Part shown: one piece after another, positions 23,890 to 36,194 of the stretch
Layout: every line of letters starts with the position of its first letter
Numbering within the stretch: the first letter of the stretch is position 1
DNA from: Mobula hypostoma
Taxonomy: Eukaryota
Assembly: GCF_963921235.1 (NCBI RefSeq)
Contig: NC_086097.1
Coordinates: forward strand, 132,434,001 to 132,498,000
Direction: 5' to 3'
Length of the DNA stretch: 64,000 bases
Program-made: the position numbers and the translations under genes
The notes under the pieces: generated by a model
Database searches by the model: none
Told to the model about the DNA's origin: nothing
What the model saw: the letters and a program-made list of their open reading frames with translations, nothing else

Positions 23890-26530
23890 GGAGTGTCCAT
23901 TGCCAATAAATGTATTGACAAGTTAATTCCTTTAGTAGCAGATCCATCAACTATTTTCATTGCCTGAAGCAATAACACAAGTGATTGATATGCCTGATAT
24001 ATTTTGGTCAGTACCACTGGTACTTGAATGTCAACCATGGTTGGTTTTCACAGTTGATGGTCAACACTACAAGTGGACAAGGTTCCAACAACGGCTCCAC
24101 TACAGTCCCACTGTCTATCATATGGCTTTGAGAGAACATCTGAGGGACTTATCAGCCATTGGTTCAAGCATCATGCAATATGTGAATAATGTCCTGACTG
24201 CATCTGAAGTTGCAGACCTACATGAATATTATGTGCTCAATTTGTTTGATTACATATCCTCCAAAAGTCATAAAGCAAATCTAGACAAGGCACCATTGCA
24301 ACAAGAAGAAGCAATTTACTTAGGACAGGAAATTTCTCAAGGTAAGTGGGAAATCACTGAGCATCATGCAAAAGTCTATTGCTATTATGCCTATTTATTT
24401 ATATTTGCATTTGCATGGTTCGTTGTCCATTGATCCTGTTTACAGTTACTGTTCTATAGATTTGCTAAGTACGCCTGCAGAAAAAGAATCTCCGGGTTGT
24501 AGGTTGTGACATGTATGTACTCTGATAATAAATTTTACTTTGAACTTTGAACTTTGAACTTTAAAAAGCTGTTAATTTGACAAAACCTCCTACAATAGTT
24601 TACCAGCTGAGTTGTTTCTACCAACTTGTTATTTCTGAGTTTATGCATTTACAACCGAACATGGGTCAATTCATATGCTGAAATTGCTCAACCACTGAAC
24701 AATCTGCAAACATTTAGATAACCCTGTGTTTCTTGATGAAGAACAACAGAAATCTTTTCAAAACTTATAGGTGGCATCGTGCATTGCATCTGAGCTAGGA
24801 ATCACCAAAGCAGGTAAACTATTTACCCTATATGTCAGTGAGAAGCGTGGCTAAATGACGGCGGTCACACCTCAAGAACATGGAGACCTACAGCGTCCTG
24901 CTGGTTACTACTCTGCTAAATTGGATAATGTAGCATTAGGATGAGGTCCATGTTTGTGAGTGGTGCAGGCAACCCATCTGGCAGTCATGGTTGTTTCTAG
25001 CATTGTGCTTAGACAAGTTTTAAATATTCAATGTCCACACTCAGCATACACTTTACTAACTATGAATAGGGACTTCTCAGGTAACAGCTGCTCAGTGGGT
25101 CAACTGGTCTACTGTTCCTGAGGCACCTAATATCATCATTCAATGAGTGAGTCTAGTGAATACAGCTACACTTACCATCAGACATGGAAGACTATGATAA
25201 CCATGACTGTGAAAGAATAATAACATTACATGATGATGCAAATTATTGCAAAGAACCACCTTTATTGAACCCAGATCTGATCCTGTGCACTGATGGCACC
25301 TCAATGATTGAGAGAGAAATTTGACCGGCTGGATGAGCCATTGTTTCTGGATCTGAAGTGCTGGCATCAGAAGACATGGCACCTGGTATCTCTACACAAC
25401 ACATAGAAGTAAGAGCTTTGATTGAAGCCTTTAAGTTGGGGAAGGAAAATCTGCTCATATCTACCTTGATTCTTGATATGCTTTCAGAGATATTCATGAT
25501 TTTGGAAACTTAATGGACACAAGAAGTATTTGTTACAGCTGTAGGAACATCAAACAAGGATGGCCAACTAGTACAAGAACTTAAAGATGTCATACAACTG
25601 ATGTCAGAAGTTTCTGTATTAAAATGTAAAAGCCACTCCAAAGTGACTGCGACAGAAAGCCGTGGAAATGTATTTGTGGATGAAAATGCAGAAAGGAAGG
25701 GGTCAGAGAAATAAAAGAAGTTCCAAGAGCATAAACAATGAACCTGAAAACTGGAATTATGGAAACTATGTTGAACCCTGTACCACAGTTGAATATGCAA
25801 GATATTCGAAAAATGCAAGCTTAGTGCTCTAGTCAGGAAAAGTGGAAAAGTGGTTCTGAATAGCGGGAGGTTAAACAGTGATGGACTATGGAGATATGGC
25901 CACTAGCCATAGACTAGTTACTTCCTTTTCTGGCACAGCATATACACTTCCTATGACACATTGGAGTGCAAAAGATGATCGACAGATTCTCCCAATGGTT
26001 GTGGAATCCAAAGTTCAGAGCACAAGCTCGACTAACTTTTAAAAGATGCATGAAACATTAGTAAACAAATCCTGGCCCAGTGGAAAAGCTGCCACAATTA
26101 AGAGCTCCTGTCTCACCTGGTCCATTTTTACATCTTCAAGTGGACTGCATTTCTTTACCAAAGTGTCAAGGATACTCAGACATACTCGTAACAGTGGACA
26201 ACTTTTCAAGATGGGTGGAAGCTATTCCAACAAAGGAAGTCACTGCCACACACACAGCAAAAGCTCTGATTAAGGACCACATTCCTCGATGGGGATTGCC
26301 AGGTTACCTTGACTCTGACCAAGGAACACATCTCATTGGGAGTGTTTGTGAGGATTTATGTCAACTGATGAACATTGAGTGGTCTTTGCATTGTCCACAA
26401 CACCCAGAATCATCAGAACAAGTCAAATGAATGATTGAAACCATCAAACAATGACTGACTAAGTATCATGAGGAAGGTATACCATGGCCTATGGCTCTTT
26501 CTATAGTGTTATGTAGCATCAGAGCAACCT
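23890..26530 (+). pseudogene. pol: Degenerate retroviral pol (RT, tether, RNase H, integrase)
   Basis: DIFWSVPL..YKWTRFQQRLHYSP..QYVNNVL (YVDD-derived); RPAGYYSAKLDNVALG; LCTDGTS..RGNVFVD; GPFLHLQVD..FSRWVEAIPT..PRWGLP..DSDQGTH. Confidence 0.9.
24375..24562 (+). mobile_element. Short Rex/Babar-type 3' tail insertion in pol
   Basis: Ends GATAATAAATTTTAC(TTTGAAC)n; pol resumes afterwards. Confidence 0.7.
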
Positions 26531-26639
26531 TTTTCATTTGTTCTATCAACACTTAATAAAATGATCCTGAAGGAACAAGTTTTGTGCCTCTTTCCTGACT
26601 TCTGAAAGAACTTTGGATTTAAAACATCAAAATCCAACA
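26530..26639 (+). repeat. ERV 3' LTR remnant (R-U5)
   Basis: AATAAA 26555-26560; homologous to the 5' LTR end; joined directly to truncated integrase. Confidence 0.85.
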
Positions 26640-27454
26640 ATGCCATACACTGAATCAGTCCCAAGACCTTCACATGTCCTCCTGAATAAATCTTGAGACT
26701 GTAAAGGCCCCTTTTCAGTAAAGCCAACTTATCTTCCCAAAATTGTCCTTTTCCCTAATGAGTCTAATAAATTGCCTTCAGTTCACACTGGGAATTTAAA
26801 GTTCAGTTGGCTCAGGTTGATTGTAGTACAAACGTTCTGTGACCCCTGCAGATCTTGTAATGAAGTACAGCCACCTATTTGAGGCTTTATGCAAGGGATC
26901 TATCCTCAATGTTGCTGCTGCACATTCCTACCTGTGTTTAGATTTAAAGACTTGCTATACTTCCTTCTGCTTGAAATCTATTTCTGTTTTATCTGACGAG
27001 TTAATTGGCAACATTTAATTACCTGTGGCATGGACAACAGATTCTAAATCGATAGGCATGGGAAATAGGGAAAACTGTAGGGCTACAGGGGAAAATGAGA
27101 TTGATGGGTATGTTGGAAGCTAGCATAGATCCAAAGGGCTGAATGGCCTTCTGCTGGCATGTGAGCTGCCATTTTATTTTATTTTCCCTAATAAAAGGCT
27201 TGTAATTCTCAAGCTCTCATCATATCTCTCATTTTTGTTTCAGTATGTTGCAGACTAATACTACCAGCCTTGCTTTAATTTTAACTTTACACAGCCACAG
27301 AGCCAGCATGGGCAAGTTGGGCTGAAGGGCCTATTTCCCTGCTCTATGCCTTTAGAGTGACTGCTGTTTTGTAAAGCTACATCCCTCCCCAGCTTCAATC
27401 TTTGAGCTGACTCATGAGAGTGAATCCATTGAACAGTTTTGAATTTTGCTTTCA

Positions 27455-27740
27455 CAACAGACAACAGTTGCTGGAATCTGGAGCAACAAGTGATCTGTTG
27501 GTGGGATTCAATGGGTCAAGAAACATCTGTGGTGGGAGAGGAATTGATGACATTTTGGTTGAAACCTTGCATCTGGACTGAGAATGCAAAATCACCTTTT
27601 GGCCTGTCTCACCCTTCCCTCTCATCTCTTTACAATGGTACTCTCCATTCCGACACAAGGTCTTGATCTACAATTTTGACCCTTTCTTGCCCTCTGAACA
27701 TGCTGTCTGAATGACTGCATTCCTCTAACAATTTGTGTTT
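27455..27740. mobile_element. Old fold-back Penelope remnant
   Basis: Decayed GCTGGAATCTGGAGCAAC arm with inverted partner; similar remnants at about 11610-11740, 12980-13100 and 30450-30720. Confidence 0.55.
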
Positions 27741-28317
27741 TGCTGAATGGAGGTGTTTTCTGCCATTTCTCTTACTTTTACTTTACAACTTCAGGGACTA
27801 TTCAGAATCATTTGACAAATGCAATTTTGGAATCATCTTTTGAAAATGCGACAGTGACCTTTCATTCCACTGCCTTTTCTGTTTGGTACCAATCAACTTC
27901 AGAACTGAAGACACTTCGTTCCACCAATTAAAAAGTATTTTGGGGTGGACTTTAGGATTTGATGGAGGTGCTACTAGATTCTAACCACAATATAATTTAC
28001 AGGATTCCAGGATTATTTGAAGAAGCGTGAGGAGTTAATTAACACCAAGGCATACCAAACTTATCATGTTTATGCTGTATAAGCATTTGTATGTCTCGTC
28101 AATTCTCTCTTCACATGACTTAGTTACATATCATATATAAATGCAGTAAAGTTCTGATAATCCGGCAACCAATTATTTGGAGATCCTAATGTTCTGATGT
28201 GATCTCACTTGCCAGGTCCACTGGAAATTGTATTATTCTGCTGTATAATGTGTTTTAAAAAAAAGCAAATCAAAGAGTGTCTGAGTATTAATCAGAGTAA
28301 CATCCTATAATCTAGAA

Positions 28318-28500
28318 CAGTGGTCCCCAACCTCCGGGCCGCGGACTGATACCGGGCCGTGAAGCATGCAGGGGTGCAGTGGTAGCCGGGATGCACCCAG
28401 CACATCTTTAAGAAAAAAGCCGAAATAAACAAGTGATTTCCTCTGATCTGGGCTGACATTTACGTGCCAGGCGACACCTAATTAATTAGATTGTTTATTT
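28318..28500 (+). mobile_element. hAT-Charlie-type MITE, left part only
   Basis: CAGTGGTCCCCAACC terminus immediately after ATCTAGAA (NTCTAGAN target); right TIR not found. Confidence 0.7.
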
Positions 28501-31500
28501 TGGAAAAAAGGAAACAGAGTGCAGAATATAGTGTTGCAGAGTAGTGCAGTTCAAGTAGACAAATAAAGTGCAAGGGGCCTTGAAGAGGTCGATTGGCAGA
28601 TCAAGAGTTCATCATTCAGAGAATGAGAGGTCTGTTCAAGCGTCCAATAACAGCAGGATAGAAGCTGTCCTTGAGCCAGGTGGAATATGTTGTATCTTCA
28701 TCTGGAGGAAGGAAGAGAGAAAAGAGAATTATTCATGTAGTTATGCTAGCTGCTTTCCTGAAGCAGTGGGAAGTGTAGATGGAGTCAATTTAATACCAGA
28801 GATTAAATTGGAGCTGGAGGACCTCAACTTTGTGTAACCTGGGGTATGATTCCACACCTGCTGCTTTCCCTGTGGACTAGAGTTTTGACAGGAGACACAT
28901 ATTCTTTTGACATTTTCATAAAATCGAATCTAGGATTAGAAGTAACTTAGAGAGTTTCATTTATTTAGCACTATTCAGGATGTCCCAAAATCCTCTATAA
29001 CCAATTTTGTTTTCAGAAAGATTTCTTATGACATGAAAATAATCCATTTGGCCCATCAAGTTAATCCTATCTGTCCTGTTTTCCCACTTATTTCCTTGAC
29101 ATCTATTGTTACTCATGTGTCCATCTCTCACCAGTTACATACGACAAGGGTAATTTACAGTGGCCGATTAACCTACTAACACTTCTACAGGATGTGGGAG
29201 AAAACTGGAGCACCTGACAGACAGCAGCCGAGGACAGGTTTGAACCCAGGTTACTGGAACTGTGCATAAGTCCTGTAATAGGGAGTAAATGTATTTGCAA
29301 TTTAGTGCCAGCAAGCCCACAAATATAGGTAAAATATATAAACTTATCTATTTCAGCAACATAGATTTAAGAAGATTGCAGGGAGTACACTCCCCTTCAT
29401 TAGTGACTTCATGATATTTTATTTTTTAAACATTTATTTTAGAAATGGATAGGCTTCAATGCAAGTTTCCGGTCTTCAATAAGGGTTGAAAGAAAATATA
29501 TACTTTTAGTCAACAAGTACTCTGACAAAGAAACCTACCAGAGTCACAGATTTGTCAAATAAGTCTGAGCACAGAATGAAGTTGGTGAATACATTCATGC
29601 AGAGATTACATTGCTGTGTACATTGCTGTGTGTCAGGCAAGATGAAGGTAAGATGAGCTTTAAAAGAGCATTTAATAACCAATGGGTAATCTAAAAAGGA
29701 AGTTAAAACTTCCTTTTCAGAATACCTATCTGCCATGTTGAGATTTGAACCCTTGTCTGCCATCCCTCCAGATTATTAGTCCTCTGATATTACCATAAAT
29801 CTAACATACCAAGTGTCAATTTCAATTTTGTGCTCTAGACTGGGGAATGGGACTTGAACCCACAATCTTCTGACACAGAAGCTGATGCCATTGAAGCAGA
29901 CCTCTCCTGCAATTCGACTTTCAAGCCATGACATCTCATCTATTTTCAATCACTCCTAATAGTTTTTCTTCTTTAATTTGCTTGGTAGACTTTGCCAAGC
30001 ATTTAGCATTCTTCAAGTAAAAGGAGATTTTTTTTTAACATTTAACCACTTTGATCTACTGTTTAAACTCTGGATTCACCTTACGTATAGCATTTAATAG
30101 TTTCCATGTATAAAAAAGCAGAACTCTTTAAACTTCCAGCTTAATCCTTTTACAAAAATATAAGAAATACTCACACTTAAGTGCATTTCCCGACCTTAGG
30201 ACACTCTAAGCAGTTTGCAACCAGCAATGAGCTTTTGCAGGTAAGTTATCATACATGTCCAACTGAAAGTTTTTTTTCCCTGGCAATCTGACTGTTGTTT
30301 AGACTTTATTAGTACATATGTATTGTATTTGCCCTTTTTTCTCAGTCCTCCCTACAAAATGCAAGCTACCTTCATTGACAGTTTGGATATAAATGAGAAG
30401 AAAACATTACCAAGAAAGAATTTAACAGGGACTCTGAAAAGGGAGAAAAAAATCAGTGCAGATGCAGGAATCTGAAGCAAATATTAAGCTGCTGGAGGAA
30501 CTCAGTGGATCAGACCGCATCTGTACAGGGAAACAGACAGTTGATGCATTGGGTTGAGACCCTTAACTTGAACTGAGAGATAGAGGGGAGATATCCAATA
30601 AAATAGACTTTCTACTGGCTATCTCCCCTGTATTGTATTAGTCCAGATGAAGGGTCTTGAGCCAGATCATCAACTATTTCTCTCTGTAGATGCTACCTGA
30701 CCCAAATTTCACTTGTGTTTTTTTTTCGCATTCCCAAAAGGGAATAGGGTAACTTCTTGAAGAGGCAAACCGGACAAGTCTTGGAGAGTGGAACTAATGG
30801 ATATCTCTTCCAAGGAGATACCACAGGAACAATGGGCCAAATAACCTGTCTGTGTTATGTGTGGTTCTGTAAAGCCTTTGACAAAGGGGAAGATAAAACA
30901 TGCTTAATCTCAAAGAAAGGGCCTCAGGGCATCTTTCATTGACTTAAACAAATATGAAATCTGAGCTAAAGGAGATTAATCAATTTGTGTCAGTCTAATC
31001 AAATTTCATAAGGGGAATATTACTGCATCAATTGCTGTCACATTTGATTTAATTATGTCTGTTAATTCTATTCTTCATTGGGCAACAACCCTGACTCTCT
31101 GAAGAGCAGTAGAGGACTGGGAAACCTCTAACCAGCAAAGAAGAGCGATTCCTGTACAAACACCAGTACTGACATCTCACCCATGCTCTATTAACCTTTT
31201 TGTGTGTTGAAATTTTGGGAGTGTTTTTCCTTACATAGAGCTGTTCTTGGCTCCTGTGAGTAAGCTATATAATTCCAGATTAGTCAGAGAATTCCAATGT
31301 GCTACATTGCAGAATGATTAAAAGAACCGTTTGCAATAAAACATTACATTTTTCACTTTATATAACCATAAGCCAGATGTTCGAGATTTTGTATGCAATT
31401 CCAGTTGTGTGTTAACAGTTCCTTGTTCAGCTTTCACCAAGTGCGGGTTAAAAGGCTTGATTAGTCGCAAAGGTTTTTGGACATCCAGGTTATGTAAAGG

Positions 31501-32099
31501 CTACTATCTTGTAAGGTGTTCATGCCCTCTGGGCATTGGTCACCTTGACAGTTTTTGCTCATGCGTTCAATATGAAAACATCTTTTAATTAGTATTCTAA
31601 ATTCGCCATTGCCAAGATGAAATTTGAACTCATGTAACTGAATCAATGGGCCAGAATTCTGTGTGTTTGTCTAGGAGCTCAACCACCTCACCACTGCCTC
31701 CTACAGAAATAGGATAGTGGAGGTTTAGGTAGGGAATTTTAGTCTTAGGATCTAAGCAGGTATTAATCACAAACTAATCCACATCTTGGAAAATGTTCAT
31801 GTCTTTAGTCTGGTAGAAGGGTGTGGATAGAATTTTAACTTTCTCCAATATGAAAATAAAATATGGAGGTGTATTGAGAGCATCCTGTCTCTGCCATATA
31901 ATCCCCATCCAGCAATAACTCCATGAATTGTCACCAGTTTCATCCGGTGCTCAGATTTAATCATGGAATCCAGTAGGTTTCATTGTCAGAACAACTATAG
32001 TTAAAAATCTCATTTATTTTAACACTTACAGAAGTGTGCAAAAACCGGACGTGTGTACATCTGTGCCAGCTCTATCGTGTCTTATGCGTTTCTGCTTGT

Positions 32100-32850
32100 T
32101 GCATTACAGGAAAGATGTGGAGAGGGTGCAAGAGAGGTTCCGCATGTTATTCTCTGGATTTAACAAGTATTAGCTATAAGGAGAGGTAGGAACAAACATG
32201 GATTGTTTTCTCTGGGAGCTGAGAGGCAACCTGATAGAAAGAACCTGATATAAAATTATGTTGGCGCGTGACCAAGTGGTTAAGGCATCGGTCTAGTGAT
32301 CTGAAGGTCGCTAGTTCGAGCCTCAGCTGAAGCAGCATGTTGTGTCCTTGAGCAAGGTACTTAACCACACATTGCTCTGCGACGACACTGGTGCCAAGCT
32401 GTATTGGCCCTCGTGCCCTTCCCTTGGACAACATCGGTGGCGTGGAGAGGGGAGACTTGCAACATGGGCAACTGCCAGTCTTCCATACAACCTTGCCCAG
32501 GCCTGCACCCTGGAAACCTTCCAAGGCGCAAATCCATGGTCTCACAAGACTAACAGATGCCTATATAAAATTATGAAAGGCACTGATAGTGTAGAATCAA
32601 CAGAGGGAAATGGTTAAAGGAGATTTACAAGGGGTGTTTTTATTACACAGGGAATGTTAGGAGCATGGAGAGCACTGCCAGGGATGGTGGTGAAGGCAGA
32701 TATGATAATTCCATAGAAGAGGTATTTATACAGGCACATGAACAGGTAGGGAATGGAAAAATAAAGACTATGTGCAAACAGTTTGGTTTAGCTTCAACGG
32801 TTGGCACAGACTGGGTGGGTTGAAGGGCACCTGTGCTGTACTGATGGAGC
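32100..32850 (+). mobile_element. Decayed CR1 3' fragment hosting a SINE
   Basis: HYRKDVERVQ..YKERL..RGNLIE..YKIMKG coding remnants and a 3' GAAGGGCACCTGTGCTGTA end. Confidence 0.75.
32261..32562 (+). mobile_element. tRNA-derived SINE with CORE-like middle and RTE-like tail (copy 2, full length)
   Basis: 13-bp TSD ATATAAAATTATG (32248-32260, 32563-32575); A/B boxes; similar to 948-1250. Confidence 0.92.
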
Positions 32851-33869
32851 TCAAAGACATTTGGTAGCATTTCACTCAGTCAGTCGATGCAGAGTTTTGT
32901 GATAGTGCAAGGGATTATGATAATTCAAGCATTTTAATGCAATTCTCATGTGCATATGAAATCAAACAAGATAGAGGATATTCAACTAGGGGGAGCAGTT
33001 TGCAATTTAAAATAATTTCACCTGGAACACCGTCCCGCAATGAAAATAAGTCGACATACAGGACTTTTGTGATTTTTCTAAATTGTTAGAGATCACATAT
33101 GTAAAGCAAATCTTTTCTCAATAGTATATGTCATGGAAAATACCAGAATTTTTGAAAAAATAGCAAAAGAATCTCACTTGTGTTTTCTGCTGCAATTGTA
33201 CATACATTCACATGCTCGTAAATCCCCTTTTTACTAAAACAGCTGTTACTTGATTCATTTACAAGAAAAGGTACTTTTAAATTTGAAGATAACATTAAAA
33301 TCTTTCAACTGAGAAAATCAAGCTTTTACATCTAAGTAGCCGGTAGCAGAGGCGGATAGTTGCAAAATGTCCCTGTTCTCTTTCCTTTGCTGGGTTTACC
33401 TACATGAGGTTAACACAAGAAAAGATTTTCAGAAACAACCGAAGAATTAGTATTCTTGACAGTGCATATTTGTGGTTTCTCAGAGCTCTGTCCACTTATC
33501 ACAGTGGAGATATAATTAGTTGTGAGAGTTAAGGAAAAGAACAATTGACAGCAGTCAGCTTATACCCTCTTTTGATAATTGAGTGTGGATAAAAAAAAAA
33601 TTGAATGTGGTGTACGGGAAAAATATTGAGTGCAATAGATGGGTGATTGCTGACATGTTTGAAGCATTGAACAAATCATTCAAACACTGGACTGTTCGCT
33701 TCAATTGGAGAGAAGTTAAAAAAAACAACATGGGAGCAAGTCCATTTGTTTTGTGGTTCAGCTAAAAGCTGCTGCTATCTTATCCTTCTGCATTGCTTAA
33801 CCCTTCAGGGTTGGTGCTGGGGACAATACTGATTCCTTTCAGCAGTTACCCTGGAAAGATGATGAAATA

Positions 33870-34365
33870 TTAGGCCATAATTTTCTGTGGATGCATTTAA
33901 CCGCATTGCCTGAGACCACAAGAAACTGCACAGTTGTGGATACAGCTCAGCACAACATGGAAATCAGCCTCTCTCCATAGGTTCTGTCTGCTTCAGTAAA
34001 ACAACCAGCATAATCAAAGACCCAGAATACCCCAGACATTCACACTTCTCCTTTTCACATCGGGCAGAATATACAAAAGCCGGAAACCACGTTACCAAGC
34101 CCCAGGACAGCTTCAATCCTATTTTTATAAGACTATTGAACAGTCCCTAGGTAGGATAAGAAACGACTCTTTGCCTTACAGTCTACCTCAGTATATTCTT
34201 CCACCTTACTGTTTGCTTACACTGCTCATACTCTATAACTATGTCATCGTTCTCCCTGTTTTGCCTCAATGCACTGATGAGATTAAATGTTCCGCATGGC
34301 TGGCATGCAAAACAAAGTCTTTCACTGTGCTTCAGTGCATGCGTCAATAACAAACCAATTTATGA
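33870..34365 (+). mobile_element. Rex1/Babar 3' remnant
   Basis: DHKKLHSCG-like start, GRIYKS-like coding, CAATAACAAACCAATT tail; antisense to similar sequence at 36195-36700. Confidence 0.65.
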
Positions 34366-34659
34366 ATTTCAGACTCAGTGGGCCAAATGGCCTAATTCTG
34401 CTCTTATGTCCTTTGCTGTCAGAGGCCAATTGAACCACAATCAGAGGCCATAGTTGGCTGGGCGAGTTGGTTCCCTTCAACAAGTTGCACCTTGAACTAA
34501 CCTGCACGATCCTAATCCCTCTCTCAATTTTGCAATGCAATGACCACATTTGATCTCTTTGATTACAATAGGCTTTTCCAATTGTGCCTTTCTTGTAAAG
34601 ATTGTGTGTGATTCATGCTCATCTGATGGTGATGCTGCTGTAAGGTTTCTTTGCACCTG

Positions 34660-34925
34660 TGCATATGAATTCCTGACGCTGCCTGTAAGGAGTTGCTACA
34701 TTCTCCCTGTTTCCTCTGAGTGCTCCAGTTTCCTCCCTCAGCCCAAAGATGTCCTGGTTGGTAGGTTAATTGGCCATTGTACATTGTCCATTGATTAGGG
34801 TAGGATTAAATCGTGGTTTACTCAGCAGCACAGCTTGAAGGCTTGGAAGGACCTATTCCATCCTGTATCTCAATAAACAAATAAATAGCTGGATAACAAA
34901 CGAATAAACAAACCAACAAATAAAT
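34660..34925 (+). mobile_element. V-SINE
   Basis: GTTTCCTCTGAGTGCTCCAGTTTCCTCCC..CCAAAGATGTCCTGGTTGGTAGGTTAATTGG; (AAAT)n-like tail. Confidence 0.8.
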
Positions 34926-34999
34926 AAATAAAATAAAATTTGACTTTGACTTTGAGTTAGGGTACGGTGAGGCCACACTTAGTTTTGGTGGGGCAATCA

Positions 35000-35590
35000 C
35001 AAACAACAGAAAATCTGCAGATGTTGGAAGTCCAAACCACGCACAGAAAATCCTGGAGAAACTCAGCAGGCCAGGCAGCCTCTATGGAAAAGAGTAAACA
35101 GTCGATGTTTCGGACTGAGACCCTTCATCAGGACTGCAGAAAATAGATGAAAAGTCAGAGTAAGAAGGTGGGGGGATGGGAGGAAGAAGAACAAGGTAGT
35201 AGGTGATAGGTAAAGCTGGGAGGGGCAGTGAAATAAAGAGCTGAGAAGTCGATTGGTGAAAAAGCTGAAGTGCTGGAAAAGGGGGGAATCTAATAGGAGA
35301 TGGCAGAGGGCCATGGAAGATAGGGAAGGCCAGGAGCACCAGAGGAATATGATGGGAAGCTAAGGAGATAATCTGAGAGGGAAATGGGAATAGGGAATGG
35401 TGAAGATGGGCGGGGGGGGGCACTACCAAAACTTCCAGAATTGATGTTCATGCCATCAGGTTGAAGGCTACTCAGACGGAATATAAGGAGTTATTCCTCC
35501 AACCTGAGTGTGGCCTCTTCGTGACAGTTCCTTCAACTACTTGTTTGTTGCTCCAGATTCTGACATCTGCAGTTTCTCTTATGTCTCCAG
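35000..35590 (-). mobile_element. Penelope-like 3' remnant with short inverted arm
   Basis: Reverse of the EATLRLEE..LQPDGMN region; AAATCTGCAGATG arm at the left and CATCTGCAG at the right. Confidence 0.8.
35099..35136 (-). ncRNA. Minimal hammerhead ribozyme motif
   Basis: Minus strand CAGTC-CTGATGA-A-GGG(TCTCAG)TCC-GAAA-CATC-GACTG. Confidence 0.65.
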
Positions 35591-36194
35591 AGAAGACATT
35601 CCACTTGAGGAAGAGTCCCTAACAAGGAGATATAATTACAATGTAAGGGAACTTAAAGCTGATAGAAATTTGCTCTTGCAAAGAATTGTGAATCTAGAAC
35701 TGTCTATCCCAGAGGATTAGGAAGGATGGATCATTTGGTGGTATTTAGAGAAGAACAAGGTACATACATTTTTGAAAGATTGAGGGAAGTTCAAGGGCCA
35801 TAGGGATTTGCTACAGCAGAGGAGTTGAGGTTTGGAGGGGGTCGAACATGATCATACTTAATGCTGGGACAAACAGGAAGGACCCAATGACCAACTCCTG
35901 CTCACATTCTCTTGTAATCCTGTGTTTTTGTGTGCCTCATCAACAGTTTTGTATAAAGTGCGATTTGATATCTATCTTCCAATATCATGACACTGGTAAC
36001 TTTGCTTGTAAACTGCCAGCTAAACCAACTGCTGAAACTTGGGACTGGAAGATAAAAGTCTAAGTAACTTGTCCATATTTTCAGTGGTCTTGCAGATATT
36101 AGTCAGCATCCCCAGCCTAGCCAGGAAACTAGAATCTGGGTGTCTCATTCATACTCTACTACAATGACATTTAGGGTTATTTTTCAGTGCCATC

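Larger units (their letters stand above)
21506..26639 (+). mobile_element. Defective endogenous retrovirus (class I/epsilon-like), env-less and internally deleted
   Basis: ATGC TSD (21502-21505, 26640-26643); TGTTGGAT...ATCCAACA termini; homologous LTR ends; PBS; RT-tether-RNase H-integrase order. Confidence 0.9.

Noticed and set aside
29510..29647. 138-nt open AG..GT candidate exon
   Set aside because: Weak polypyrimidine tract and no recognisable protein; compatible with chance.
30230..30247. Recursive splice site TTTTGCAG|GTAAGT
   Set aside because: Appears to lie in an old SINE/L2-type tail remnant and has only a short pyrimidine tract.
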